A stretch of 58,732 nucleotides of DNA from an uncultured Mycoplasmatota bacterium (GCA_947649355.1 CANSRG010000003.1:1-58732), one strand, 5' to 3'. Positions 38,546 through 49,500 are shown, counted from the first letter of the stretch. Notes: generated by a model from the letters alone, not told the origin. Program-made: numbers and translations.

Positions 38546-39518
38546 ATTTACCCCCCCCCTCCCATTTTGCTTTCAATTCTAACGCAATTTCTTCATTTTC
38601 ACGAAGATAATTTTCATCATTTAGTTTTTCTTTTATAGATGAATAAGCATTATGAAATTGATTACAACGGGTTTCTAATTGTTCTAAATAATAAGAATCA
38701 CGATTTACTTTTTTCAAAAACATACTAAGTATTACATATACATCTCTTTCAAGTCTTTGAAAAACTATTCTCGTTTTAAATTCTTTCACTTCTAATAATC
38801 CTTTTAATTTATTATTACTCGTAAAAACTTTTAAATTTTTAAAAGTTCCTTTTTTAATAGAATCTAATAGTTCTAAAAAAGATTTATAATATTCTTGTTC
38901 TAACCTTTTCTCATCTTGTAAAGCATAATAATTACCAGAAGTAGATTGTAAAAATAATAAAGTATTTTCTTTTTCCATTTCTTCTTGTAAAGCCTCTGTA
39001 AAATCTGTTTTATCACGGTAAAGAATAAAATAATTCAAAAGTTCTTTCTTTTCTTTTATTTCTTCTAAAAATTCTCTTTTTTCTTCCAAAGATAAATTTT
39101 CTTCAACCATAAAATTTTCTATTTCTACAATTTCTTTTAAAATTTTGGCACTTAACTGATTCATAAGAAACGAAAAATTAGGATGATTTCTTTTTGGTAA
39201 ATAATGAGGTAATTCTAGAGTAGAAGGACAACTTTTAAGTAAATTTTCATAAAAAGAAATATCATACTCTTCACTTATCTCATCTAAGGGCAATACATCT
39301 TCTTCTAAATTACTTTCTTTTAAAGGTTCAAAAACTTCTATAATTTCTTGACTCTTTTCATAATCTTTCAATTTTCTTCGATAGATTTCTCTATTATGCT
39401 GTTCAATTTTTCGAATAAAATCACGCATTTCACTTTCATTTAAAAAATAACAATTATCACTAAAATAAGTTTCTGAAATAAATCCTTTATTAGAAAAATC
39501 AAAAACTTTTTTCTCCAT
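38532..39518 (-). CDS. Hypothetical protein with possible C-terminal RelE/Gp49-like domain
   Basis: KLKGLLEVKEFKTRIVF...VYVILSMFLKK resembles RelE/HigB-type toxins. Start moved to ATG 39518. Confidence 0.5.
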   Translation of the reverse strand: MEKKVFDFSNKGFISETYFSDNCYFLNESEMRDFIRKIEQHNREIYRRKLKDYEKSQEIIEVFEPLKESNLEEDVLPLDEISEEYDISFYENLLKSCPSTLELPHYLPKRNHPNFSFLMNQLSAKILKEIVEIENFMVEENLSLEEKREFLEEIKEKKELLNYFILYRDKTDFTEALQEEMEKENTLLFLQSTSGNYYALQDEKRLEQEYYKSFLELLDSIKKGTFKNLKVFTSNNKLKGLLEVKEFKTRIVFQRLERDVYVILSMFLKKVNRDSYYLEQLETRCNQFHNAYSSIKEKLNDENYLRENEEIALELKAKWEGGGKYGNS

Positions 39519-39569
39519 ACAAAAACTCCCCTTCAATGGGAGCTATTATATAACAAGAATTAAAATGTG

Positions 39570-41957
39570 TCAAATCTCAGAAACATATTCCATAAGTCTC
39601 ATAAACATACTAATAAATTTTGAATCCAATCCTTTACTTTTTAATTTTTTTATTTCAATTCTTTTTTTCTTAATATCCATTTCGCTAAAAATAATAGCAG
39701 CAAGCATTTCTTTTAAAGCAGTTTTAATTTTTAAATCACTAATAATAGAATCAATATCTTCATGAATTAAACGAATAGCATCAATTTCAATATCTCTACC
39801 CTTACAATTGATAGACAATTGACTAGTAGTTTTTACATTTTTAACAGAAACAATAAAATCCGTATCTTCTACATAACTGGTAAACTCATAAATTTCTTTA
39901 TCTAAATATACAATAACTTCATCTGCTTTTCTAGTATTTCGAAAACGAATTTTATAATCTCTTGTATCAGGAATAATTCCACTTTTTCCTTCAAGAGGTC
40001 TTATAATTACAGTAAAATTATTTTGAAGATAATTATAATCAATAGCAGTAGTAATAAAATAACCTTTTTCATAAAGTCTTGTACTACCATCGTCTTCATA
40101 TAAATAATAAATATTACTTTTTCCAGGAAAAATATGAATTTCCATACTATCTGGTGGTGAAGTATCATTTTTATTTTCTTTTAAATCAGCGAGTGGAATA
40201 ATAGAACCAGATTTTGCAAAAACAGGATAATCTTCATCTTTATAAAAAGTAACATAACGTTTATCCCCTAAAAACTTTTTTCCTGTTTGAAAATCATACC
40301 AAGTACCAGTTGGTAAGTAAACACGATGCACAGTTCGGTTCATTAAAACATCTTTTGAAGAAGTAATTGGCGCGACTAAAAGTTCAGAACCAAATAAATA
40401 TTCATTTTTATGATCTGGTTCATCATATATAAGTGGATTATTATAATAAAGTGGTTGAATAAGAGGAAGTCCTACTTTATGATATTTATAACCCTCTGTA
40501 TACAAATAAGGAATAAAACGATGACGAAGATTCATATAATCTTTTACAATTTTTAGTGTTTTCACATCCCACTTCCAAGGTTCACGTTTATAATATTTTC
40601 CTCCCTTAGAAGCTAACCGAAAAATAGGACTAAAACATCCAAATTGAACATATCTTAAATAAAGTTCATTTTCTTCCATTCCCCCAAGATATCCACCAAT
40701 ATCATGACTCCACCAACAAAGTCCTTTATTTGCTCCCATTGAATTAAAATAAGGAAGTACTTTTAAAGTATCCCAAGAAACTAGGGTTTGCCCACTATAC
40801 ATTGCAGGATAACGATGAGCCGCAACAAGACCATTAGGAGCTAAAACAAATCCCCTTTTTTCATCATTTTTTTTATAATTTTCAAATTGATACCGAGTCA
40901 TCGCTCGAATAGATGAATAATCCATACCAAAAGTATCTAACCAAAAAAAGTCGACTCCTTTTTGTTCTAAAGGATAAAGTAATTGATGAAAATAACTATT
41001 GATAATAAACTTATCAAAAACATTAAAAGGAATCGTACTCTTATCCATAAGTCCAAGCGTCTTCGCGATGACATCATAAGCATCTTCATGAGGCATAATT
41101 CCTTCCCTTGGATTGATTGATAAACCAAGTTTTACTCCTCTTTCATGCAAATAGTTTACAAAATGTCCAGGATCAGAAAATAAGTTGCGATTAAATGTAT
41201 AACCAGTTTTATATTTTGTTAAATCTCTACCATCTTTTAAATGCCAAAATTCATCTAAAAGCAAGACAGAAACGGGAATTTCATGACGATTAAAATTTTG
41301 AAGTAAAGAAGAAATATCTTGAAAATTATAAATTTCACTTTTATTCCACCAAACTCCTAATGCATATCGAGGAATTAGGGCAGGATAACCAGTAAGTAAA
41401 AAATAATCTTTTAAGCAAAGTCCAAAATCTCTACGATACATAAATACATAAGTATCCACCCTTGGTGTGGAATTTGTTATCAAAAAACCATCTTGATTTA
41501 AAATCATAGAAGGACTATCATCAATAGAAACAAAACCATCTACAGAATATAATCCCTTTTGATAATCAGGTTTTGTTAAAGATATTCCTTGCCCAGAAGT
41601 ACGAAAATTACGAACTTCTTTATTTTTCATAAACCAAGTTTTATCAGTATTTAATAAATAAATTTCAATATTTAAAGATTCAAAAGGTTTTTCTTTTTGA
41701 TATTTAAGTAAAAAATAATCTGTAGTAATTTCTAAATATCGGTCATCTTGAACAACTTTAAATTTAGGCACAGGAAAATCTCGATTGATTACTTGTTCCG
41801 TAAGATCATCAAAAAAAATTCCCTCTTTATTATATTCTAGACGTACTAATCGTTCTGTTAAAACAGTAATACGATAAGTTTGACCTTGAAAAATAGCTTC
41901 TGGTTTACTTTTGGCTTTTGTATAATCTACTTGAAAATGTAAATCCATCCCATTCAT
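39570..41957 (-). CDS. Glycoside hydrolase family 31
   Basis: PRYALGVWW, FFWLD nucleophile region, WSHDIGG, ELYLRYVQFG and LYEDDG motifs. Confidence 0.92.
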   Translation of the reverse strand: MNGMDLHFQVDYTKAKSKPEAIFQGQTYRITVLTERLVRLEYNKEGIFFDDLTEQVINRDFPVPKFKVVQDDRYLEITTDYFLLKYQKEKPFESLNIEIYLLNTDKTWFMKNKEVRNFRTSGQGISLTKPDYQKGLYSVDGFVSIDDSPSMILNQDGFLITNSTPRVDTYVFMYRRDFGLCLKDYFLLTGYPALIPRYALGVWWNKSEIYNFQDISSLLQNFNRHEIPVSVLLLDEFWHLKDGRDLTKYKTGYTFNRNLFSDPGHFVNYLHERGVKLGLSINPREGIMPHEDAYDVIAKTLGLMDKSTIPFNVFDKFIINSYFHQLLYPLEQKGVDFFWLDTFGMDYSSIRAMTRYQFENYKKNDEKRGFVLAPNGLVAAHRYPAMYSGQTLVSWDTLKVLPYFNSMGANKGLCWWSHDIGGYLGGMEENELYLRYVQFGCFSPIFRLASKGGKYYKREPWKWDVKTLKIVKDYMNLRHRFIPYLYTEGYKYHKVGLPLIQPLYYNNPLIYDEPDHKNEYLFGSELLVAPITSSKDVLMNRTVHRVYLPTGTWYDFQTGKKFLGDKRYVTFYKDEDYPVFAKSGSIIPLADLKENKNDTSPPDSMEIHIFPGKSNIYYLYEDDGSTRLYEKGYFITTAIDYNYLQNNFTVIIRPLEGKSGIIPDTRDYKIRFRNTRKADEVIVYLDKEIYEFTSYVEDTDFIVSVKNVKTTSQLSINCKGRDIEIDAIRLIHEDIDSIISDLKIKTALKEMLAAIIFSEMDIKKKRIEIKKLKSKGLDSKFISMFMRLMEYVSEI

Positions 41958-42023
41958 ACCATCAACCCTCTTACTTTTCTATCAAAATTATATCATACAA
42001 AAACTTTTTTTCACAAAAAAATT

Positions 42024-42884
42024 TTATCTTAACAACAACATACTAAATAAAATTCCAAAGAAAACACAAGAAGAAAGAATAAAAAAGATTTGCAAATATC
42101 CATTTTTATTTTTTCTTTCTAATATTATTTTATCTTCTAAAGAAAAAAAGGATATCCATTCTTGCAAAATAGAAAAATACTTTGTTTCATCTAAAATATG
42201 TTCTTTTAAAAACTCTGGCATTTTCTTTTCCAAATCTTTATAAGTAGAAAAAGAAACATAAGGTAAAGAATATTTCTCACAAAAGAAAGCTAATTTTTCT
42301 AAATCTTTCTCTTTTAAATAATTATCTCGATATTTTTTAATTAAATCTCCACCTGTATGCATTTTGTATACTTCACACATATAAAACACATCATTTTGAA
42401 AAATCATTTTTTCTTTATAACCTCTAAGTTCTTTTGGAATTTGATTCATAAATTTTTGAGCAAAGGAAAAATTTGGTTCATATTGATTGATATAAGTGAT
42501 GGAATACTTTTGACAAAAAGCTCTAGTAAAATATTCAATCAATCCATAAGAAAAAAAAGGAACAAATTCTATCTCTTCTTCTCTTAATTCTTTTTTAGGA
42601 TATGGATGAATAAAAAAGGCATGAAGATAAAAAGGAATATATTGTTTTAAAATATCACTTATTTCTTCCTCACTTTTCCCTAAATAACTAGGAGAAATTA
42701 AAATCATTGAATCTTTAATAGTAATAAAAGAAGACATAGAAGAAACACGGACAACTTCTTCTTTTTGAAATAGTTTAAAAAATAATAAATCATCTTCTTG
42801 GCCTAAAAAATCTTTATATTCCATATACATAAGTTTCAAGATTTCTTTTACATATTGATTTAAAGTAATTTCTAACTGATTCAT
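42024..42884 (-). CDS. Hypothetical protein with C-terminal TM
   Basis: 286-aa ORF with hydrophobic C-terminus. Confidence 0.65.
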   Translation of the reverse strand: MNQLEITLNQYVKEILKLMYMEYKDFLGQEDDLLFFKLFQKEEVVRVSSMSSFITIKDSMILISPSYLGKSEEEISDILKQYIPFYLHAFFIHPYPKKELREEEIEFVPFFSYGLIEYFTRAFCQKYSITYINQYEPNFSFAQKFMNQIPKELRGYKEKMIFQNDVFYMCEVYKMHTGGDLIKKYRDNYLKEKDLEKLAFFCEKYSLPYVSFSTYKDLEKKMPEFLKEHILDETKYFSILQEWISFFSLEDKIILERKNKNGYLQIFFILSSCVFFGILFSMLLLR

Positions 42885-42956
42885 AAGTTCACCCTTCTAG
42901 CATATTGTATCATTTTTTTTCTACCCATGCTATAATAACAAAACATGAGGTGTAAA

Positions 42957-43886
42957 ATGAATGAATTTCCGTATACATTAGATAATAAAAGATATCACAC
43001 ATTAAATTATTTTTACAAAACGAAATTTAATAAAAAAGTATTTAAAGTAAGTTTAAATGCCGGTTTTTCATGTCCAAATTACAAAAACGGACATGGGTGC
43101 ATTTTTTGTTCTCATCAAAGTGGTGACTTTGCAGGAAATAAAGAGGATGATTTAACCACACAATTTCATAAAATTAAAACAATCATGGAACAAAAATGGC
43201 CAGATAGTTATTACATTGGCTATTTTCAAGTTGCTTCAAATACTTATGCACCAAAAGAAATATTAAAAGAAAAATATGAAACAATATTAAATATTAAAAA
43301 TGTGATTGGTTTATCGATTGCTACAAGAAGTGACACGATAGAAGAAGATGTTTATGATTATTTAGAAGAACTAAATAAAAAGACTTTTTTAACAATCGAG
43401 TTAGGATTACAATCTATTCATGAATCCACATTAAAAAGAATCAATCGTGGTCATACTTTACAAAATTTTGAAACATGTGTAAAAGAACTTCAAAAAAGAA
43501 AAATTAACGTTGTTGTACACATAATAAATGGACTACCTTATGAAACAAAAGAAATGATGTTAGAAACTGTAAAATATTTAAATAATTTAAATATCAATGG
43601 AATAAAAATTCATATGCTTTCAATTTTAAAAGATACTCCTTTAGAAATAATGTATCAAAAAGAAAAATTTAAAATTTTAAAAGAAGAAGAATACATTGAT
43701 ATTGTTTGTGAACAACTCTCTCTTTTAAATCCAAATATTGTGATTCATAGAATTACTGGTGACCCCAAAAAGGAAGATTTAATAGAACCATCTTGGTTAT
43801 TAAAAAAATTTCAAGTTTTAAATAATATTGATAAAGAAATGCAAAAAAGAAACTACTATCAAGGATGCAAAATAAAAAAAGTATGA
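42957..43886 (+). CDS. TIGR01212 (YtqA/YhcC-like) radical SAM protein
   Basis: GFSCPN...GCIFC, ELGLQS, GIKIH and HRITGD motifs. Start ATG 42957 after GAGGTG. Confidence 0.92.
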   Translation: MNEFPYTLDNKRYHTLNYFYKTKFNKKVFKVSLNAGFSCPNYKNGHGCIFCSHQSGDFAGNKEDDLTTQFHKIKTIMEQKWPDSYYIGYFQVASNTYAPKEILKEKYETILNIKNVIGLSIATRSDTIEEDVYDYLEELNKKTFLTIELGLQSIHESTLKRINRGHTLQNFETCVKELQKRKINVVVHIINGLPYETKEMMLETVKYLNNLNINGIKIHMLSILKDTPLEIMYQKEKFKILKEEEYIDIVCEQLSLLNPNIVIHRITGDPKKEDLIEPSWLLKKFQVLNNIDKEMQKRNYYQGCKIKKV

Positions 43887-43901
43887 TAAAAACTCATACA
43901 A

Positions 43902-44246
43902 TTATTCATTTAAAGTACTTATTTTAGTAATAGGAAATCCCTTAATAATAGTTGCTACCGCGGTTTCTTCATCCGTTACAGAAGCTAAATAATTTTGATA
44001 TTTTTTCTTAAAAATTTCAATAGCCTCTTCTAAATTAGAGCTTCTTAAATAATCACAAAAATTCTTAGTACATAATTCACTTACATTTTCTAAACGATGC
44101 TCCCTAATATAAGAAATTAAATCATTACTATTTAACTCATAAGACATGTTTTTAGATTCTAGCCCATAAGTAGGTTCAATAGAAAGGATTAAAAGGGAAA
44201 CCAAAATAAGACCTAATCCTAAAATATATTTTTTCATATTAACCAC
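43902..44246 (-). CDS. Small exported hypothetical protein
   Basis: Signal-peptide-like MKKYILGLGLILV; start may be 44237. Confidence 0.6.
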   Translation of the reverse strand: MVNMKKYILGLGLILVSLLILSIEPTYGLESKNMSYELNSNDLISYIREHRLENVSELCTKNFCDYLRSSNLEEAIEIFKKKYQNYLASVTDEETAVATIIKGFPITKISTLNE

Positions 44247-44291
44247 CTAAACCTAGTATGGTAATTTTTAACATAAAAAAAATGGCATTTT

Positions 44292-45500
44292 CTACCATTC
44301 TAAAATTTCATAATTTTCATTTTCTAAAGATTCCTTTTGAAAACGATAATTTTTACTTCGATAAACAAGTTTTACTTGCTTATTTTTTTGTCGCAATTTT
44401 TGAGCTTTTAAAAATACTTCTTGCAAATTTGCGTCTTTAGAAAGAACAATCGCGAGTTTTTCTTTTTTATCTGGAACTTTAAATCCACGTTCTTCTAAAA
44501 GAAGTAATAAACGTTCAAAACCAATAGAAAAGCCACAAGCACTTACAGATTGATTCGTATATTTTTCAATCATCTTATCGTAACGCCCGCCCCCACCAAT
44601 AGAAGAAGAAAAATCATCCACAACAATTTCAAAAATAGTTCCTGTATAATAACCCATTCCTCTTACTAAAGTAGGATCAAATATAATATTTACATCAATA
44701 TTATTTTTTACAACTTGAATAATTTCACATAAATTAGAAACAACATCTGCATCCATAGAAAAACTTTGACAAAATTCTTCTATGGAATCGGTATTTTTTT
44801 CAAAAAAACTTAAATACTTTTTTACATTATCTTTTTCTAGAGAAAGCATGTTTAATTCTTCCTCTACACCCAAAATTCCAATTTTGTCTAATTTATCCAG
44901 TGCAATTAAAATAGAACTTAAAGAAGAAAGAGGTAACCCTGCACATTCTATCATTTTCGTTAAAATTCTTCGATCATTCACTTTAATGGTGAATCCTTTA
45001 AAATCTAATTTTTTTAAGAAAGTAATCACCGCTAACATCAAATCTATTTCAGCCAAAGAAGTTTTCTCACCTAAAATATCTAAATCACATTGCATAAATT
45101 CACGATATCTTCCCTTTTGACTTCTTTCAGCTCGGTAAACATTTCCAATTTGAAAAGAACGAAATGGCATAGATAATTCATTCATAGAATTCGCATAAAA
45201 ACGAGTCAAAGGAACAGTTAAATCATAACGAAGTCCACAATCTACAAGAGAATCTAATTCTAAAATATTCCCCTCTTTTAATTTTTCTCCTCGTTTCATA
45301 ACTTTAAAAATTAACTTCTCATTTTCCCCACCTTGATTACTAGTTAAATTTTCAATATGTTCTACAACTGGCGTTTGAATCATTTGAAATCCAAATAAAA
45401 GATAAGTTTCTTTCATAACTTTTAATACGTATTCACGAAGCTCCATATCTTTTGGTAAAATATCTCGCATCCCTTTATTCGGGGTTTTAATAAAACTCAT
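44292..45500 (-). CDS. hisS: Histidyl-tRNA synthetase
   Basis: KGMRD, LRYDLTVP, GRYREFMQCD, VRGMGYYTG, GGGRYD and GFSIGFER motifs. Confidence 0.97.
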   Translation of the reverse strand: MSFIKTPNKGMRDILPKDMELREYVLKVMKETYLLFGFQMIQTPVVEHIENLTSNQGGENEKLIFKVMKRGEKLKEGNILELDSLVDCGLRYDLTVPLTRFYANSMNELSMPFRSFQIGNVYRAERSQKGRYREFMQCDLDILGEKTSLAEIDLMLAVITFLKKLDFKGFTIKVNDRRILTKMIECAGLPLSSLSSILIALDKLDKIGILGVEEELNMLSLEKDNVKKYLSFFEKNTDSIEEFCQSFSMDADVVSNLCEIIQVVKNNIDVNIIFDPTLVRGMGYYTGTIFEIVVDDFSSSIGGGGRYDKMIEKYTNQSVSACGFSIGFERLLLLLEERGFKVPDKKEKLAIVLSKDANLQEVFLKAQKLRQKNKQVKLVYRSKNYRFQKESLENENYEILEW

Positions 45501-46069
45501 ACTAGACCTCCTTTTATTTTATTTAATCCTAAATCTCGCTTATCTTTTTTAGACAAAGGAACACCTGGCATACTATATTTTTTTTCTCCAACAGCTTTTT
45601 CACATATCACTATTTCGTAATTTAAAAAAGATTGAAATTTTCTAAAATAAAAAGATTCATCAAAATCAAGTTTTTTAAAACTTTCTTGCCAATCATAGCC
45701 TTTAGGAGAAGAAAAAGAATTGAAAAAATCTCCATCAAATTCTTCACAAAATAAATGATAGCCAGGTAAAAAAAATCTTGCCTTTTCATAAATAAGTCGA
45801 AGCTTTAAAAATAAGAAATAATCTCGTAATCTTTTTTTCATTTCAATTTCTTGAGACATCACAGACTCTTCCCAAAAACGATGTACCAACCGACCATTTT
45901 CAATATTTTTATCACGATTCATAAAAACAGGTACTGTATTAACAGCATACCGACTTCTCTCTCCCCTAGTATCTAAAAAAAGATATCCATCTACTTGTTT
46001 TGTATATAAAGAAAAGTAAGTAAGATGTTCATAAGGAGAATAAATAATTTTTTCTTTTGTAATATACAT
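45497..46069 (-). CDS. Hypothetical protein
   Basis: GGAGG RBS; overlaps the hisS start. Confidence 0.65.
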   Translation of the reverse strand: MYITKEKIIYSPYEHLTYFSLYTKQVDGYLFLDTRGERSRYAVNTVPVFMNRDKNIENGRLVHRFWEESVMSQEIEMKKRLRDYFLFLKLRLIYEKARFFLPGYHLFCEEFDGDFFNSFSSPKGYDWQESFKKLDFDESFYFRKFQSFLNYEIVICEKAVGEKKYSMPGVPLSKKDKRDLGLNKIKGGLV

Positions 46070-46144
46070 AATACCCTCCGTTTCCTAAAAGTATTATTAC
46101 ACAATAGAAAAAAAAAGTAAACTTTAAATAAAAAAAGAAGTCAA

Positions 46145-46534
46145 TTACTTGACCTCAATATATTTTCTTGTATCTTTTTCTTCCATCTTTGGCACGATAA
46201 CTTTTAAAGTTCCATCTTGGAAAGTAGCAGAAATATTTTCCTCTAAAATATCACCTAAATAAAAGCTTCTTTGATATTTTCCATAAATTCTTTCTCTACG
46301 AAGATATTTTTTATCATCATGTTCTTCCATTTTATTTTCCTTTTCAGCAATAATAACAATATTCCCTTTATTACATTCAATTTTAATATCCTCTTTTTTA
46401 TAACCAGGAATATCCATTTCTAAAACATAATTTCCTTCTTTTTCATATATATCACATTTCATTTTACTTTCTTCTCCACTAAAGAAGTTATCAAATAATT
46501 CATCAAAATAATAATTTCTAGGTACAATTTTCAT
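46145..46534 (-). CDS. Hsp20/alpha-crystallin small heat shock protein
   Basis: DIPGYKKEDI, RRERIYGKYQRSF and ATFQDGTLKVIVPK motifs. Start moved to ATG 46534. Confidence 0.95.
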   Translation of the reverse strand: MKIVPRNYYFDELFDNFFSGEESKMKCDIYEKEGNYVLEMDIPGYKKEDIKIECNKGNIVIIAEKENKMEEHDDKKYLRRERIYGKYQRSFYLGDILEENISATFQDGTLKVIVPKMEEKDTRKYIEVK

Positions 46535-46575
46535 AATTTCACCATTTCCTTTCACATATTCATTATAACACTTTT

Positions 46576-46602
46576 TTAGCACTTGTCAACACCAAGTGCT
46601 AA
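46576..46602. promoter_or_regulatory. CIRCE (HrcA operator) overlapping the hsp20 promoter
   Basis: TTAGCACTT-N9-AAGTGCTAA overlaps minus-strand TTGACA (46584-46589) with TATAAT at 46562-46567. An extra half-site lies at ~46623. Confidence 0.88.
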
Positions 46603-46660
46603 TTTGATAGAAAATTTATCAAAAGTGCTAACATTTATAGTATAGAAAAAAAAGAAAACA

Positions 46661-48499
46661 TTATTCAACATTTTCTAATAAATACAACTTTTCTTCTAAT
46701 AACTTTAAAATATCTTCTTTTCTATCTTCTAATTCTCTCATTTTTTGATAATCTAAATAATTTTCTTCTAAAAACATTGCCTCTTCTATTTCTTTATATT
46801 CTTTTTCTAACAAAGAAATTTCTTTCTCTAACTTTTTTTGTCTTTTTTCTTGTTCTTTACTTGAAATCACTATTTTTTCTTTCTTCTTACTCACCAAACT
46901 AAAATCATTTTTAAAAATATTCTTTCTTTGTTCCATAAAAGATGTATAACTTCCTCTAAAATACTCTACTTCATCATCTAAATATAAAATAGAATCTGCT
47001 ACTTTTTCTATAAAATAACGGTCATGTGATACAAACAATACGGTTCCTTTGTATTCTGTCAAACACTTTTCTAAAACTTCTTTTGATAATAAATCCATAT
47101 GATTAGTAGGTTCATCTAATATAAGAAAATTAGGAGCTTCAAAAAATAGTTTAGCAAAAGAAAGTCTTACTTTTTCTCCACCTGATAAATTTGCTACTTT
47201 TTTTAAATAATCCTCATTAGTAAATAAAAATCTTCCTAATATTCGTCTTATCTCTTCTGTACTTTTATCACTCATCACTTCTTGCATTTCTTCTAAAACA
47301 GTATGACTATCTAATAAATTATGCATCTGTTGATCAAAATAAGCATAAGTAACATGATAACCAAATGAAAAACTTCCTCTTAATTTAGGAACAAAACCTA
47401 CTAATGTTTGTAAAAGAGTAGATTTCCCACATCCATTTTTTCCTAATACAGCAAGCCGTTCATTTTTGTGTAAAATAAACGACAAACATTGTAAAACTTT
47501 GTCATAACCAATTTCTAGATTCTTGACAGTTAAAACAATGTCACCACTTTCTAAGGGAACAGGAAAAGATAGTTTCATACTTCTCGTATCTTGTTTTAAT
47601 GGTTTATCAATAAGTACCATTTGCTCAATTTTTTTTAATTTAGACATTGCCATACTAGCTTTACTTGGTTTATATCGAAAACGATCAGCAATATCTTGTA
47701 AACGTTTTATTTCTTTTTGTTGATAATGATAATCTTTTAATTGTTTTTCATAGTTTTCTTTCTTCTGACGCTCATAAGAACTATAATTCCCTACATATTT
47801 AGTCATAACGCCATATTCAATTTCGTAAACTTTATTTACAATATGATCGATAAACATCCTATCATGAGAAATGAGTAAAAGTGAATAAGGATAGTTTTTT
47901 AAATATTCTTCAAGCCAAATAATCGTATCTAAATCTAAATGATTTGTAGGCTCATCTAAAAGTAAAAGTTTTGGTTTTTGTAAAAGTAGTTTCATAAGAG
48001 CAATTTTAGTTCGTTCCCCACCAGAAAATTCTTTTATTTGGTTTTGGTCTCTTTGTTTAAAACCAAATTTAGAAATCATTTTATCAATCTCACCAAGATA
48101 TTCATAACCCCCAAAATTTTTATATTCACAAAGTAATTTTTCATAAAGAATATAATCAGTCATATTTTCTTCTAACAATTTTAATTTTTTTTCTATGTTT
48201 ATCAAAGGATCAAACACCGATAATAATTCTTCTTTTAAAGTGATATTTTCATTTCTTAAAGATTGTTGTTCTAAATAGCCAATAGAAATAGACGAATTTT
48301 TATAAAAAGAAAAAATATCTTCTCCTAATCCTTCCGAAAATGACTCTGGATGAAGTAAAGTTTTTAAAAACGTCGTTTTCCCACATCCATTTCTTCCAAC
48401 AATCGCGACTTTTTCTTTCTCGTTAATTTGAAAATCTACTTGTTCTAATATAGTCTCGTTTCCATAAGAAACACTTCCATTTACAATTTTTATTAACAT
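46661..48499 (-). CDS. ABC-F family ATPase
   Basis: Two NBDs (GRNGCGKT/SGGE/DEPTNH and GKNGCGKS/SGGE/DEPTNH), no TM, C-terminal coiled coil. Confidence 0.95.
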   Translation of the reverse strand: MLIKIVNGSVSYGNETILEQVDFQINEKEKVAIVGRNGCGKTTFLKTLLHPESFSEGLGEDIFSFYKNSSISIGYLEQQSLRNENITLKEELLSVFDPLINIEKKLKLLEENMTDYILYEKLLCEYKNFGGYEYLGEIDKMISKFGFKQRDQNQIKEFSGGERTKIALMKLLLQKPKLLLLDEPTNHLDLDTIIWLEEYLKNYPYSLLLISHDRMFIDHIVNKVYEIEYGVMTKYVGNYSSYERQKKENYEKQLKDYHYQQKEIKRLQDIADRFRYKPSKASMAMSKLKKIEQMVLIDKPLKQDTRSMKLSFPVPLESGDIVLTVKNLEIGYDKVLQCLSFILHKNERLAVLGKNGCGKSTLLQTLVGFVPKLRGSFSFGYHVTYAYFDQQMHNLLDSHTVLEEMQEVMSDKSTEEIRRILGRFLFTNEDYLKKVANLSGGEKVRLSFAKLFFEAPNFLILDEPTNHMDLLSKEVLEKCLTEYKGTVLFVSHDRYFIEKVADSILYLDDEVEYFRGSYTSFMEQRKNIFKNDFSLVSKKKEKIVISSKEQEKRQKKLEKEISLLEKEYKEIEEAMFLEENYLDYQKMRELEDRKEDILKLLEEKLYLLENVE

Positions 48500-48579
48500 A
48501 ATATCTTCCTCTTTTTTACAAGTTCTTAAAAAGATAATATCATAAAAAGAAAAAACTTGAAAGCAAAGAAAAAACGGTT

Positions 48580-49500
48580 TTAAACCGCATACAAAACAAT
48601 CTCTGTAGGAAAAATAGAACCACCATAATATCTTAAATAAAATTTATAATCTGGATTCCACTCTCTTAAAAGATTCCAAATATCTAAAAGATCAGAAAAT
48701 CCATGATAAACAGAAATCATTAGTTTTGGCTTATCCTCTATAATATGTCTTTTAGCCCCATATAAAGCATTTTTTTCACTACCCTCAATATCCATTTTTA
48801 AAAGTGTAATTTTCTCTTTAATATCTTCATCCAAAGTAGTAATAAGAATGTCTTCTCCACTAGTTAAAACATTTGCAGAAGCACTTTCATCATTCTCTAT
48901 AATACTTCCTTTTCCAACAAAATTAGAAACTGCACATTGACGAACAACTACATTAGAATAGTTTTGTAATTTTGAATTTAAAATATTTACACTATCCAAA
49001 GACATTTCATAGGCATACACTTTAGAAAAAGAATCTGCTCCTAAAGTATCAAAAAATGAGAAAACAGTGTCTCCTGTATAAGCTCCTAAGTCAACAAAAA
49101 CTTCCTCATGTAAAGATGGTAAGATATCCAAATCTAAATAATGAGAAAAAGTATTTTCTATAACTTTTTGTAAAGATACAAAATCATAACAATACCAATT
49201 ATGTAAAATTGCATATAATAAATATTTAGAACGATAATCTTCTAAATTTTCAAAAAATTCTAAAAAATTAGAAGTATTCTCTTTTAATACATTCGAGGCA
49301 TTTAAAATCTCCGTAAAATCTTCTAAAGAAGAATTTAAATTTCCCCAATAAGGAAACTGATGAAAAAAGTTTTCCATAGATACTCTTGTTTCTAAAGGTA
49401 CTAAAAAATATTGTTTTTTCATTTCCACAAACAATTCTTCAGCACTTTGCGAGTTTATTTCTAAAAGAAGATTTTTAAATTTTTTTTCTATTTGATTCAT
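48580..49500 (-). CDS. FkbM family methyltransferase
   Basis: FVDLGAYTGD, KMDIEGSE and ISVYH motifs. Confidence 0.9.
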   Translation of the reverse strand: MNQIEKKFKNLLLEINSQSAEELFVEMKKQYFLVPLETRVSMENFFHQFPYWGNLNSSLEDFTEILNASNVLKENTSNFLEFFENLEDYRSKYLLYAILHNWYCYDFVSLQKVIENTFSHYLDLDILPSLHEEVFVDLGAYTGDTVFSFFDTLGADSFSKVYAYEMSLDSVNILNSKLQNYSNVVVRQCAVSNFVGKGSIIENDESASANVLTSGEDILITTLDEDIKEKITLLKMDIEGSEKNALYGAKRHIIEDKPKLMISVYHGFSDLLDIWNLLREWNPDYKFYLRYYGGSIFPTEIVLYAV

